Shown here one piece after another: positions 17,221 to 25,879 of a DNA stretch of 45,436 nucleotides. Source of the DNA: a virus (taxonomy: Duplodnaviria; Caudoviricetes); the IMG/VR virus record IMGVR_UViG_3300012971_000010, positions 1 to 45,436 of that record. The stretch is one strand, 5' to 3'. The notes beneath the pieces were generated by a model. The model was not told the origin of the DNA. It ran no database searches and saw nothing but the letters and a program-made list of their open reading frames with translations. The translations under genes and the position numbers were made by a program. Within the stretch, counting starts at the first letter, position 1; each line of letters begins with the position of its first letter.

Positions 17221-18341
17221 GTTCGTTTTTCCCTTAGGTAGGTTCGCGGCGAGACGGTCACGGCGCCCGCGGCTTCGAGCTCGGCCCCGAGCGCTCGCAC
17301 GGCGGCGGCGCCCTTGCCGCGCCCCGCTTTGCGGGCGGCGGCTTTCTCGAGAAGCGAGATCGACACGTCGACGCATTCGGCGAGCTCGCCCGCGTCAAGA
17401 TCGAGCGCTTCGATGATCGGCCAAGCTTCGAGCGTCTTGATCTCGCGCCGCGTCTCGACGTCGATCGTAAGCTTGACGCCGTCGCCGACGAGCTCGCCCC
17501 GTTCGGCCACAAATGCCTTGATCGCATCGCGCACCCGCTTCGCCTGATACCCGACCGTGTCGGCTCGGCGTAAGAGCTCGACGATCGCCATGGGGGCCAT
17601 TTCGGCGAGCGAGCTTTCCGCTTGCCTAAGGTCGTCGACGAAACCGGCGACGTCTCGGCGCACGAGCGCCGTACGGGCTTCGCATTCATGCGACCGCGGG
17701 CAAAAGCCGCAATGCGGGCCCGGATGAAAAACGCCGTCCCATTCGACGACGGTCGCGAGCAAGTCTTTAACCCATGGCGAGATCGCCGCCCGCGGCATTG
17801 TGTAGTTTTCGATCTCGCCGTCTCGGATCCATATGGCCGTCGCCGTCGCTTCGGCGAGCTCGGGATCTTCGAGAAGGGCGAGCACGCAATAACCCTTCAA
17901 TTGCTGGGAATAGTCGTAATCCCGGCGCCCCGTTTTCCAGTCGGCGATCCGCGCCGCCGTGCCCGAGACGGCGATCACGTCGACGTGACCGGTCAAGCGG
18001 AAACCGGGCGCGAGCTCGGCCGAAAATTCGAGCTCGGTAAGGGCGTCTCGGAAACTGTCGGCGATCGTCGGCCAAAGCTTTTGAGCCATGCCGCAAAGCG
18101 CACCGACCTCGCCCGGCTCGACTTCGTGCCGCGTCGCCGCGCCGTTGACATCGACCCAAGCGACGGCGCCGGTTTCGACCAGCCCGCGCAAAACCTCGTG
18201 CACGGCGCGCCCGAGCCGGGCCGACCTCGCGTCGTCGGCGACGGGCAGGGTCGGGCGGCGCACCGAGCCCGGGCACTTGAACGCGAGGGGAAGAGCGCTC
18301 GTGCGCGTTTCGGTCAAGCGCCCCGCGGGTACGGCGGTCAC
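17217..18341 (-). CDS. PD-(D/E)xK Cas4/RecB-like exonuclease
   Basis: CPG, G.AVH, GHVD....IADWKTG, QL.GY, CGFCP....C (four-Cys cluster). Confidence 0.88.
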   Translation of the reverse strand: MTAVPAGRLTETRTSALPLAFKCPGSVRRPTLPVADDARSARLGRAVHEVLRGLVETGAVAWVDVNGAATRHEVEPGEVGALCGMAQKLWPTIADSFRDALTELEFSAELAPGFRLTGHVDVIAVSGTAARIADWKTGRRDYDYSQQLKGYCVLALLEDPELAEATATAIWIRDGEIENYTMPRAAISPWVKDLLATVVEWDGVFHPGPHCGFCPRSHECEARTALVRRDVAGFVDDLRQAESSLAEMAPMAIVELLRRADTVGYQAKRVRDAIKAFVAERGELVGDGVKLTIDVETRREIKTLEAWPIIEALDLDAGELAECVDVSISLLEKAAARKAGRGKGAAAVRALGAELEAAGAVTVSPRTYLREKRT

Positions 18342-18622
18342 GGCGCCCCCGTCGGGTCGGGCGGCTCGCCGAAGATCTGCAATTCGACGGGCGCCGAGCT
18401 CGGGGCGATCTCGCGCATGAGGGCTTCGAGATCTTCGTAAACCTTGGTCGGCCCGAGCCCGCGGGCGACGACGCGCCGATTATTGACGAAGACGGTTACC
18501 GACCATTCGACTTCGACCCGGCCCGGATGATACTCGCTCGACGTCGTCGCAATGACGAACGGGTAGTGTCGCCCGGCGACGAGGTTTCTTACCTGCATAT
18601 GTAGCTCGGCGTGCGTTCTCAT
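18338..18622 (-). CDS. Hypothetical protein
   Basis: Coupled by 4-nt overlaps on both sides. Confidence 0.6.
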   Translation of the reverse strand: MRTHAELHMQVRNLVAGRHYPFVIATTSSEYHPGRVEVEWSVTVFVNNRRVVARGLGPTKVYEDLEALMREIAPSSAPVELQIFGEPPDPTGAP

Positions 18623-18933
18623 TTTCGCCCCGCTTTCCGGCCTTTTTTAGGCGCTCGACGGCGCACGACCTCGCGGCAATCGCGGGCGCGCCGTTCCCAG
18701 TATTCCGACTCGAAGAGCGGCAGACCCGCGGCGCGGATCGCCTTGGCGACGGTGTCGAAGATCTCCGCCGCCCGCTCATGATTCCCATTTCGGATCGCCC
18801 GACTTGCGTCGTCGATCTCGGCGGAATGGGCTTGCAGGATCGCATCTTTCTCGCGATCCATTTTCTCGGCGATCCCTAAAATCGCCTCGTGCTCGGGTCT
18901 ACAACCTAGATCCTTCTCGTCGACGGTATGCAT
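18619..18933 (-). CDS. Hypothetical protein, first gene of the leftward early operon
   Basis: ATG directly downstream of the predicted promoter. Confidence 0.65.
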   Translation of the reverse strand: MHTVDEKDLGCRPEHEAILGIAEKMDREKDAILQAHSAEIDDASRAIRNGNHERAAEIFDTVAKAIRAAGLPLFESEYWERRARDCREVVRRRAPKKGRKAGRK

Positions 18934-18942
18934 GGACCGGCG

Positions 18943-18971
18943 ACGCTATCCGTCTGCCAACGCGTTGTCAA
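18943..18971 (-). promoter_or_regulatory. Leftward sigma70-type promoter (PL-like)
   Basis: Minus-strand TTGACA (18971-18966), 17-bp spacer, TAGCGT (18948-18943). Confidence 0.75.
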
Positions 18972-19006
18972 TTGCCAACGTTTTGGCAATTGACGTCTTC
19001 GTGTCG
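18955..19006. promoter_or_regulatory. Triple operator array (OL-like), 16-bp boxes with 18-bp period
   Basis: TGCCAACGCGTTGTCA, TGCCAACGTTTTGGCA, TGACGTCTTCGTGTCG. Confidence 0.85.
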
Positions 19007-19007
19007 G

Positions 19008-19547
19008 CTAGGCTCTAGGGAACCATTTTAGAAAAACGCCCGTGCTGGAGTTTACGTCATTGCTTCTACGGGCAGTCTGTTCCGTAAGGAAGCCGAAGCC
19101 CCGACGGGCGATCTGTTCCTTTAGAAAGTCGGGCGGCGCGAAGGGATGGCTTTCGATGATCTCGACGGTCGCGACCTCGTCGGGAAGGGCGGTAAAGCTC
19201 GCGAGCTCGTCGATATTCTTCCCGGTCACGTCGATCCCGTTCGCGGCAAGAATGACCATGGCGAGGCCCTTATGCACACGTAACCCACAGACCCGCGGAT
19301 CGCGGTCGTGTTTGAAAACCACGATCCGATCGACGACGTCGAAATCGGGGACGGGTGCCGACTCGGGCATGCGGCAGACCGGGCGCGGGCCGAGCTCGCG
19401 GGATAAGAGCCCGTCGGCGAGACGGCACACGAGAAGGGCGGGATTTGCGAGGGGATCGACGTCGGCGCTTTTCAGCGCGATTTTACCAAGAGAAGCGAAG
19501 AGTCCCCCCGTCGCCATGGGACGGACACCTTCCCGCAACCGATGCAT
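19008..19547 (-). CDS. Hypothetical protein
   Basis: 179-aa globular-looking ORF; start may be 19517. Confidence 0.55.
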   Translation of the reverse strand: MHRLREGVRPMATGGLFASLGKIALKSADVDPLANPALLVCRLADGLLSRELGPRPVCRMPESAPVPDFDVVDRIVVFKHDRDPRVCGLRVHKGLAMVILAANGIDVTGKNIDELASFTALPDEVATVEIIESHPFAPPDFLKEQIARRGFGFLTEQTARRSNDVNSSTGVFLKWFPRA

Positions 19548-19671
19548 AAAGACAAGACCCTAATTTAATGGCCCTGGTCTTTTTTGCGGATGACATCGGC
19601 TGTTAGCGTGGCGACGAGGGGCTATCTTCAACGGAGCCGCTCGGGCTTGTTTTCTAGATGAAATCGAGCGC

Positions 19672-20325
19672 TTAGCTTGCGGCGCGGCGGCGGGAAGTTG
19701 CGGGGGCGTGGCGTCGGACTTTCCAGTCGTCGACGATCTTCGCGAGCGCTTCGCCCTTGGTCGCTACGCCGAAGTCATCTCGAGCCGCGTCGAGCGCTTT
19801 GTAAAGGGGCCCGATCAAGCTGAATTTCAGGTTAAATGAGATGTTTTTCTTTTTACTCGATCCCAGCCCGAAAGCGTCGTCGGCGTCCCCTTCGAAGTCG
19901 CAGCAAGAAAGGCCGCGGGCCTTTGTGATCCATTTCACCATTTCTCGCGAGTCGTGCACGCGCATCGAGATCCGGGCGAGAAGTCGTAATTTCATGATCG
20001 AATTGGGCAAAATGCCCTGTGCGAAGTGGCGCCTTACAAATAGTTCGTCGTACATTCGCACGTACGATCGAGCGGTCGTCTCATGGAGCCCGACCTCATG
20101 CTCAGCCCAGTCGTCGAAGTCATCGAATCCCCAATAGACCGCTAGCGGCACGTCGGCCCCTTTCTGCTTCACGGTTCCGTAATAGGCTTCGAAGAGCTTC
20201 GCCGCGAGGGCGATCCCTGATTTTGCGTGATCGGCGATGGCGACCCGTACCGCTTCCCGTAGCACTTGCGCTTCGGTTTCCGTGAAATCGGTTCGCTCGG
20301 TTCTTTGTCTCGGTTCTTTGTCCAT
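19672..20325 (-). CDS. DUF3102-like helical protein with possible C-terminal ribbon-helix-helix
   Basis: GAGGGG RBS; WGFDDFDDWAE.E.G....TARSY.R.Y pattern. Confidence 0.65.
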   Translation of the reverse strand: MDKEPRQRTERTDFTETEAQVLREAVRVAIADHAKSGIALAAKLFEAYYGTVKQKGADVPLAVYWGFDDFDDWAEHEVGLHETTARSYVRMYDELFVRRHFAQGILPNSIMKLRLLARISMRVHDSREMVKWITKARGLSCCDFEGDADDAFGLGSSKKKNISFNLKFSLIGPLYKALDAARDDFGVATKGEALAKIVDDWKVRRHAPATSRRRAAS

Positions 20326-20343
20326 GGTTGACCCCTCGATCTC

Positions 20344-20907
20344 CTATCGGTTGACGGCGCCTGATTTGTCCAGAACATACGCAAGCGCTTCGAGTCCTAT
20401 CTTATCAGCAAGGGCGCGGGCTCTTGCTTCGAAATTCCCCGACGGCGTCGGCGCCACGGGCGCGAGCTCGGGGGCGTCGGTCGAGCCGTTCGCGGGCACG
20501 AGCCCGACCAAGCCTCGCGATTTCGATTCGAGATCGGCTTCGATCGGCCCGCCTTCGAGGGCTTTTTTGATCGCCGCCGTGCGCACGGCGAGGGCTCGAG
20601 CCAAGTCGGGCATGCGCCCTTGATACTGTTCTGAAAGCATACGCCGAAGGCTCGCCCGTAAATCGGCGTGTGATTCTTCGCGCACCCGAGCGACGACGGA
20701 AGCGCCGAGAAGCCGCGTAACCTCTTTCTGTATGACGTCGGCGCGGGCGGTCGACATCCCAGCCCGGCCCCCTTTGATATTCGAAAGCGTTTGCACGGGC
20801 ACCCGAGAGTTTTGCGCGATCATCATCATCGGGAAGCCTGCCTCGTGAGCGGCTTTCAAGAGGGCTCGCACGAGCTCGTAACGGTCGGGATCGACGGGCG
20901 GGATCAT
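20344..20907 (-). CDS. Tandem-HTH putative DNA-binding protein
   Basis: IAQNSRVPVQTLSNIKGG and LARALAVRTAAIKKALEG; ATGA start. Confidence 0.6.
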   Translation of the reverse strand: MIPPVDPDRYELVRALLKAAHEAGFPMMMIAQNSRVPVQTLSNIKGGRAGMSTARADVIQKEVTRLLGASVVARVREESHADLRASLRRMLSEQYQGRMPDLARALAVRTAAIKKALEGGPIEADLESKSRGLVGLVPANGSTDAPELAPVAPTPSGNFEARARALADKIGLEALAYVLDKSGAVNR

Positions 20908-21647
20908 TGCGCGCCCCCCGAGCTCGCCGCGAATTCTTCGAGGCAAAGCGCAACGGCGGCGCTCATCCATCCTTGAACCATGGCGACGAGCTTCGGATCG
21001 CCCGAGCCCGGCCCGTAATGATGGATCGTCGTTGTGAGCCGTAAGATCTTCTCGATCGTCGTGCGGGTGCCGACCAGGGTCGGCGCGTCGGAATGCACGA
21101 TCGGTGCAAGCGTTGCGCTCGGTGCGCCCCCCGAGCTCGGCAAGGGCGGCGCCGTGATCGGGGCGGTCGTCGCCATCGCGAGCGCCGACGCGCCGTCGGG
21201 GTCGTTGGTCGAAAGCCACGCCCGGATCCTTTCGAGCGTCGCCGAGCTCGTGCCATTGCCGTTCAAAATGGCGAGCATGCCCGAGCCCGAGCACGCCCCG
21301 ATCGCACGAGCAAGGGCGGACCCCGAGCCGTTGAACCGTTGCTTACGGATCCTGTTCAGCGCGGCTCGTTCGGCATTGATTTCTTTGGCGGCGACCAGGG
21401 TCGAGCCGACCGTAAGCCCGCCTTTGTGCTCGCCATGAACGGGCGGCGGATTCTTTGCCGCTTCCTCTAGGCGGGTCATCGCTTCGGCGCCAAGCTTCGG
21501 TTCGCCCCGTAAAAACGTGTTCATATTGAAGTAACTAACCCGCGCGCTTTTCGCGAGCCCGCGCCGTGAATGGCCCGCGGCGAGCGCCGCGGTTACCAGG
21601 GCGCGAAGCTCGTCGGCTCGCTCGGGCGTAGATGGATCCGTTGTCAT
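20904..21647 (-). CDS. Tandem-HTH putative DNA-binding protein
   Basis: SRRGLAKSARVSYFNMNTFLRG and SALARAIGACSGSGMLAILNG; AAAGGGGA RBS. Confidence 0.65.
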   Translation of the reverse strand: MTTDPSTPERADELRALVTAALAAGHSRRGLAKSARVSYFNMNTFLRGEPKLGAEAMTRLEEAAKNPPPVHGEHKGGLTVGSTLVAAKEINAERAALNRIRKQRFNGSGSALARAIGACSGSGMLAILNGNGTSSATLERIRAWLSTNDPDGASALAMATTAPITAPPLPSSGGAPSATLAPIVHSDAPTLVGTRTTIEKILRLTTTIHHYGPGSGDPKLVAMVQGWMSAAVALCLEEFAASSGGAQ

Positions 21648-21711
21648 GTCGTCCCCTTTCCGGCGTAGATTGGTATTCGAGATCCCCCCGAAGACTGATG
21701 GACGGCGGCGC

Positions 21712-21963
21712 CTAAGAGCGCGGGCGCCCCGCGGCACGCTCGACGAGCCGTGTTTGCGCGGCGAGATAGATCAAGTCGACGAGCGCCCGGGCGAGCGCTT
21801 TTTCCGCGGCGCTCTCGAGCCCGACGGTCGGGTTATGCATATGCTCGGAGGTCGACATGCCCGCGGGCCGATGGCTACGCCACCATTCGAGCGTCGCTTG
21901 ATACAGCACATTTTGCCCGAAAAACACGTCGGCTAACCCTTGCACGCTCGGATCCGCGGTCAC
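21712..21963 (-). CDS. Hypothetical protein
   Basis: GTGA-coupled start; WWRSHRP.GMS..EH..NPT motif. Confidence 0.55.
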   Translation of the reverse strand: MTADPSVQGLADVFFGQNVLYQATLEWWRSHRPAGMSTSEHMHNPTVGLESAAEKALARALVDLIYLAAQTRLVERAAGRPRS

Positions 21964-22289
21964 GGCGTGCGCCCTAGAAACGCTTCGACGAAGACGGCCC
22001 GAAGCTCGGGGCGCGCTTCGAAAGCATTCCCATAAATGCAATCGAGTTTTTCGGCCAAATATTGCGCATGAAAGGTTTCCATGCGCACCCGATCGCCGGG
22101 CCATGCGAAGGGCTCTTCGGGCCGAAGGCTCGCCCGCAAAATCGTAATGTACTCGCGCATTAGCCCGGTAAATTCGAGGAAGGGATGCACGCCGATCCGT
22201 TGCGCGGCTCGGTAAAAGTCGTCGGCCGCTCGCTCCATCGCGAGGAAGATCGCTTCGGGCGACTCGGCGGGGGGATCGGAAGTGGTCAT
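21960..22289 (-). CDS. Hypothetical protein
   Basis: AGGAGG RBS; FY.AA..IG.HPFLEF.GLM.EYI...YLAEKL.CIYG pattern. Confidence 0.7.
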   Translation of the reverse strand: MTTSDPPAESPEAIFLAMERAADDFYRAAQRIGVHPFLEFTGLMREYITILRASLRPEEPFAWPGDRVRMETFHAQYLAEKLDCIYGNAFEARPELRAVFVEAFLGRTP

Positions 22290-22302
22290 CGGGGAAGCCC
22301 TC

Positions 22303-22863
22303 CTATTTCGCGGCGCGGCGGCGCGGCAATTGCGCCCGGGCCGACTGTCCTTTGGCATCGGCGGTCGTAAACCGAGCTCGCTCGGCAAACGAGCTCGTTT
22401 CCCATGCATAGGCGGCGACCGCTAAGACGACCTCGGGCGTGAGCCGCTCGATCGGGCGGAACACGGTCATCTCGCCCGCCGCTTGATATGCCTCGGGCGG
22501 TAGTCGGCGCATGCCGTCGAAGGCGATTGCGCCGCGCTTCGCCTCTTCCCAGCCCGGTAACGACGAGTGTCGGATCCATTGCGTACCCGGGCGCGGCGGG
22601 ATCGCGTGCACGGGCGGCTCGGGCTCGTCGGGCCCGCCCTCTTGCAGCCATGCGAGCGAAGCTTCGAGGGCGACGGCGACCTTTAGCATTACGCTCGTCG
22701 TGAGCTCGACCCGCTCGCCACGGCAAAGCCGAGAGATCGTGCCGCCCGAAATGCCGTGCACCCTTTCGAGCTCGCGCACGGGCGGCGGCGCGCCCGATCC
22801 GTCTCGGGCGAGACAGTGATAGGCGTACCAAGCGCGATCGGGCAATGTGGGCAAATTCGGCAT
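22303..22863 (-). CDS. XRE-HTH repressor (cI-like; no S24 autopeptidase domain seen)
   Basis: ELERVHGISGGTISRLCRGER....MLKVAVALEASLAWL..G; divergent from the cro-like gene across operators. Confidence 0.8.
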   Translation of the reverse strand: MPNLPTLPDRAWYAYHCLARDGSGAPPPVRELERVHGISGGTISRLCRGERVELTTSVMLKVAVALEASLAWLQEGGPDEPEPPVHAIPPRPGTQWIRHSSLPGWEEAKRGAIAFDGMRRLPPEAYQAAGEMTVFRPIERLTPEVVLAVAAYAWETSSFAERARFTTADAKGQSARAQLPRRRAAK

Positions 22864-22946
22864 GTGCGGCGCAAAAGAATGTATCCGCTAAGAAACGCGT
22901 TGCCTAGCGATTTGTGCACAGGACGCCTTAAGTCGGTGTCGTCGTC

Positions 22947-22998
22947 TGCCAACGCCGTGTCATTTGCCGCCGTGCTGGCACTTGACATCAGAGTGTCA
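22947..22998. promoter_or_regulatory. Triple operator array (OR-like) overlapping a rightward TTGACA
   Basis: TGCCAACGCCGTGTCA, TGCCGCCGTGCTGGCA, TGACATCAGAGTGTCA; TTGACA at 22982-22987 (the -10 is weak). Confidence 0.85.
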
Positions 22999-23020
22999 AA
23001 GGGACTAGACGGTCGATTTC

Positions 23021-23290
23021 ATGTCGAGCGAGCCGCCCGTTAAGGTGTCGCGTGCTTCGGTAGAGCTCGATCGAATACTTCGCGCGGGCGGAAGCATCGC
23101 CGCCGCGCTTCGCAAGGCCATCGATCGCGCCGCGCTTTGGCGCTTTCGCACGGGGCGCCGTCAACCCGACGTGCGCGGCGTTGTCCTTATCCGTCAAATC
23201 ACGGGCGGCCGGATCCCCGAAGAATGGTGGACCGTCGTCGCCTCGCCGCCGTCTGCCGACGCTTGTAAAGCTTGCGGGCGGGCTTCGTAA
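23021..23290 (+). CDS. Cro-like HTH protein
   Basis: IDRAALWRFRTGRRQP......I..ITGG.IP...W; C-terminal CKAC. Confidence 0.75.
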   Translation: MSSEPPVKVSRASVELDRILRAGGSIAAALRKAIDRAALWRFRTGRRQPDVRGVVLIRQITGGRIPEEWWTVVASPPSADACKACGRAS

Positions 23291-23294
23291 GGCG

Positions 23295-24893
23295 ATGGAG
23301 GGCCCCGAGCTCGCCGCCGCCGATTTCGATCCCGCCGAAGCTTTCGAAGTCATCTTCGGCGAGCGTCGATGGACCGTCGCGTGCGGCGATTGCCTCGACG
23401 TGCTCGACCGGCTTCCGACGTGGTCCGTTGACGCCATCGTGACCGATCCCCCGGCGGGGATCCGGTTCATGGGGCGCGCATGGGACGACGACAAGGGCGG
23501 CGCCGAAGAGTGGATCGCGTGGCTGGCGTCGTGCTTTCGCGCCGCCTTCCGCGTGTTGAAACCCGGCGGTCACGCGCTCGTGTGGGCGCTTCCCCGTACG
23601 AGCCATTGGACGGGCGCCGCGTTAGAGCTCGCGGGCTTCGAAGTGCGCGACCGGATCGAGCACGTCTTCGGGGAAGGCTTCCCGAAATCGCTCGACGTCT
23701 CGAAAGAGCTCGACCGGCTTCTAGGCGCCGAGCGGGCGCCGATCTTGGTTCCGACCAAGCCGGGCAATCTGCCCGAGCAAGCCGGCCCGATCGCCCTCGG
23801 GGCGACGGGGCTTAGAAACATCGCGCCGCCGATTACCCCGAGCGCCGTAGCCTGGAAAGGGTGGGGGACGGGGCTAAAGCCCGCGATCGAAGATTGGTGG
23901 CTTGCGCGTAAGCCGCTCGTCGGCACCGTCGCCGAGAGCGTGCGCGAGCTCGGAACGGGCGCTCTCAACATCGACGGATGCCGCGTCGCTCACGCGAGCG
24001 CCGAGGATTTCGCAAAGCATGCAGCCCGCGTCGCCTCGATCAAGGATCGTGGATGGGCCCGCCGAGACTCCGACGTTCAATTCAACACAAGTCCGATCGA
24101 GAATTGCTCCGACGCCTCGCCGCTCGGTCGTTGGCCCGCGCACGTCGTCTTTTCCCACGGGCCGGATTGCAAGCCGACGGGGACGCGCAAGGTGAAAGCT
24201 TCGCCGCCGTGGACCCCGAGCTCGCGCGACGCGCCGCTCTTCACGGGGGCGGCGAGCTCGCCCGTCCATCATTCCGACGGCGACGGGACCGAGACGGTTA
24301 CCGCGTGGGATTGCGCCGACGGGTGCCCGGTCGCCGAGCTCGACCGGCAAAGCGGCGTATCGCCGGTGCCGACCCCTCGATGGGGCCGCGAGGACGGTCG
24401 TGGCTGGGGCATGTCGGACGGTGGCACCGTGCAAGCCTACGGCGATGAAGGCGGGGCATCGCGCTATTTCACGCAATTCCCATTCGATGAAGAGGCGGCG
24501 CGGGTCGATCTATTTTTCTATTCACCTAAGCCGGCTCGAGCCGAGCGCGAGGAAGGGTGTCGACATCTCGCGCCGCAAAACGTGACGGGGAGAAAAGACG
24601 GAAGCGCGGGGACCGATTCGCCGCGCGCGGGCACGGGTCGCAAGAGCAATCGCCACAATTATCATCCGACGGTCAAAGGTCAACGGCTTATGCGTTGGCT
24701 TTGCCGATTGATAACGCCCCCCGATGGCGTCGTGCTCGATCCGTTCGCGGGCTCGGGCTCGACCGGGGTCGCGTGCTCGATCGAAAGGTTCCGCTTTATC
24801 GGCGTCGAGGCGGCGCCGGGCCATTGCGACATCGCACGAGCTCGGATCTACGCGGGCGGCGCGCCGCTTCTCGATTGGCGGGGGGCGCAATGA
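23295..24893 (+). CDS. DNA N6-A/N4-C methyltransferase, beta class
   Basis: GDCL, IVTDPPA (motif IV), RVLKPGG, HPTVK, VLDPFAGSGSTG (motif I). Confidence 0.92.
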   Translation: MEGPELAAADFDPAEAFEVIFGERRWTVACGDCLDVLDRLPTWSVDAIVTDPPAGIRFMGRAWDDDKGGAEEWIAWLASCFRAAFRVLKPGGHALVWALPRTSHWTGAALELAGFEVRDRIEHVFGEGFPKSLDVSKELDRLLGAERAPILVPTKPGNLPEQAGPIALGATGLRNIAPPITPSAVAWKGWGTGLKPAIEDWWLARKPLVGTVAESVRELGTGALNIDGCRVAHASAEDFAKHAARVASIKDRGWARRDSDVQFNTSPIENCSDASPLGRWPAHVVFSHGPDCKPTGTRKVKASPPWTPSSRDAPLFTGAASSPVHHSDGDGTETVTAWDCADGCPVAELDRQSGVSPVPTPRWGREDGRGWGMSDGGTVQAYGDEGGASRYFTQFPFDEEAARVDLFFYSPKPARAEREEGCRHLAPQNVTGRKDGSAGTDSPRAGTGRKSNRHNYHPTVKGQRLMRWLCRLITPPDGVVLDPFAGSGSTGVACSIERFRFIGVEAAPGHCDIARARIYAGGAPLLDWRGAQ

Positions 24894-25879
24894 ATTACGG
24901 CGACACGCCCTATGTTCGGCTTTACATATACGACACGGTCGGTTGGCTGATGATGACTTGGGAAGCCCGAGCAACGCTTCCGAACCTTATGCGAAAGCTC
25001 GACCGTGCGGGCGTGCTCGATCTCGCCGAGTATGCGGGCGAGGAAATGGCGCGAGCCGTTGCGGCTCTTATCAAAATACCCGAAGAGGTCGTCGGCGTCG
25101 GGCTCGCCGATCTCTTGAAGCGGGGAACCGTGGTTTTACGCGGGCAATTTCTCGTAATGCCGAATTACGTCGAAGGGCAATCGACGCCCCAAAGCGACCG
25201 ACTTCGCAAAGCCGAATCGAGGGCGCGATACCGCGATCACGCCCTAGCAGCCGAACGGGGCCTGGTCGCAAAACGTGACAGAATGTCCGACGAGGCGCCC
25301 GGGCCACCGTCGAGCGCAATTGTCACAAGTCGTGACGAAGTGTCCCTTATCAAAACCGGTAAACCGGACAATCCGTCCGAAAACGTGACCGATTGTCCCG
25401 GCCCGGTCACGAAGAGTCACTCTGATCTGATCTTAGCTGATCTTAACTGTGCTGAGCAGCGGACGGACAACGCCAGCAATCCGGCCGATCTCATCCTTGC
25501 CGAATTGAAAGCGCACCCGTCGCTAGCGCCCGTGGCTTACCCCGAGCTCGCGAAAGCCCTCGCGACCCGTTTTGCGACGAACGAGATCGCCAAGGGCTTT
25601 CGCATTGAATGGGTTTTGCAAGCAATCCGCGATAGCGCGGCAGACTTCGCGAGCGTCGGGCTTAACGCCGAAGCGCTCGGGAAAAAGGTTCGAGTTTATT
25701 GCGACAACGCACGCCCGCCGCGCTCGACGAACGGGAAGATCGACGCGCCGAAGTCTTACGAATCGCCGAAGCTTTCCGAGTCGCAACGGGCGCAAGAGCG
25801 CAAACGGAGCGACGAACGGCTAGCGGCGCTCGAAGCCGCCGCCGCGAAAACCGCGCACCCGCCGAAGGATCCGAAATGA
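24890..25879 (+). CDS. Replication initiator protein
   Basis: ATGA-coupled upstream of DnaB; wHTH-like N-terminus; central low-complexity region encodes iterons. Confidence 0.75.
   Translation: MNYGDTPYVRLYIYDTVGWLMMTWEARATLPNLMRKLDRAGVLDLAEYAGEEMARAVAALIKIPEEVVGVGLADLLKRGTVVLRGQFLVMPNYVEGQSTPQSDRLRKAESRARYRDHALAAERGLVAKRDRMSDEAPGPPSSAIVTSRDEVSLIKTGKPDNPSENVTDCPGPVTKSHSDLILADLNCAEQRTDNASNPADLILAELKAHPSLAPVAYPELAKALATRFATNEIAKGFRIEWVLQAIRDSAADFASVGLNAEALGKKVRVYCDNARPPRSTNGKIDAPKSYESPKLSESQRAQERKRSDERLAALEAAAAKTAHPPKDPK
25274..25455. other. Putative replication origin inside the initiator gene
   Basis: CGTGAC-N4-TGTCC at 25274, 25331, 25384, then TCTGATCTGATCTTAGCTGATCTTAACT. Confidence 0.7.

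Noticed and set aside
17217-18341. CRISPR-Cas system suggested by the Cas4-like nuclease
   Set aside because: No repeat-spacer array or other cas genes; context is a phage recombination module
18955-19006. Mini-CRISPR or terminator reading of the palindromic repeats
   Set aside because: 18-bp period with no spacers, no U-tract, overlap with a promoter and a second copy at the cI/cro gap all fit operators
19555-19586. Intrinsic terminator AAGACC...GGTCTTTTTTT
   Set aside because: Weak 6-bp stem with a long loop, and oriented opposite to the local genes; not supportable
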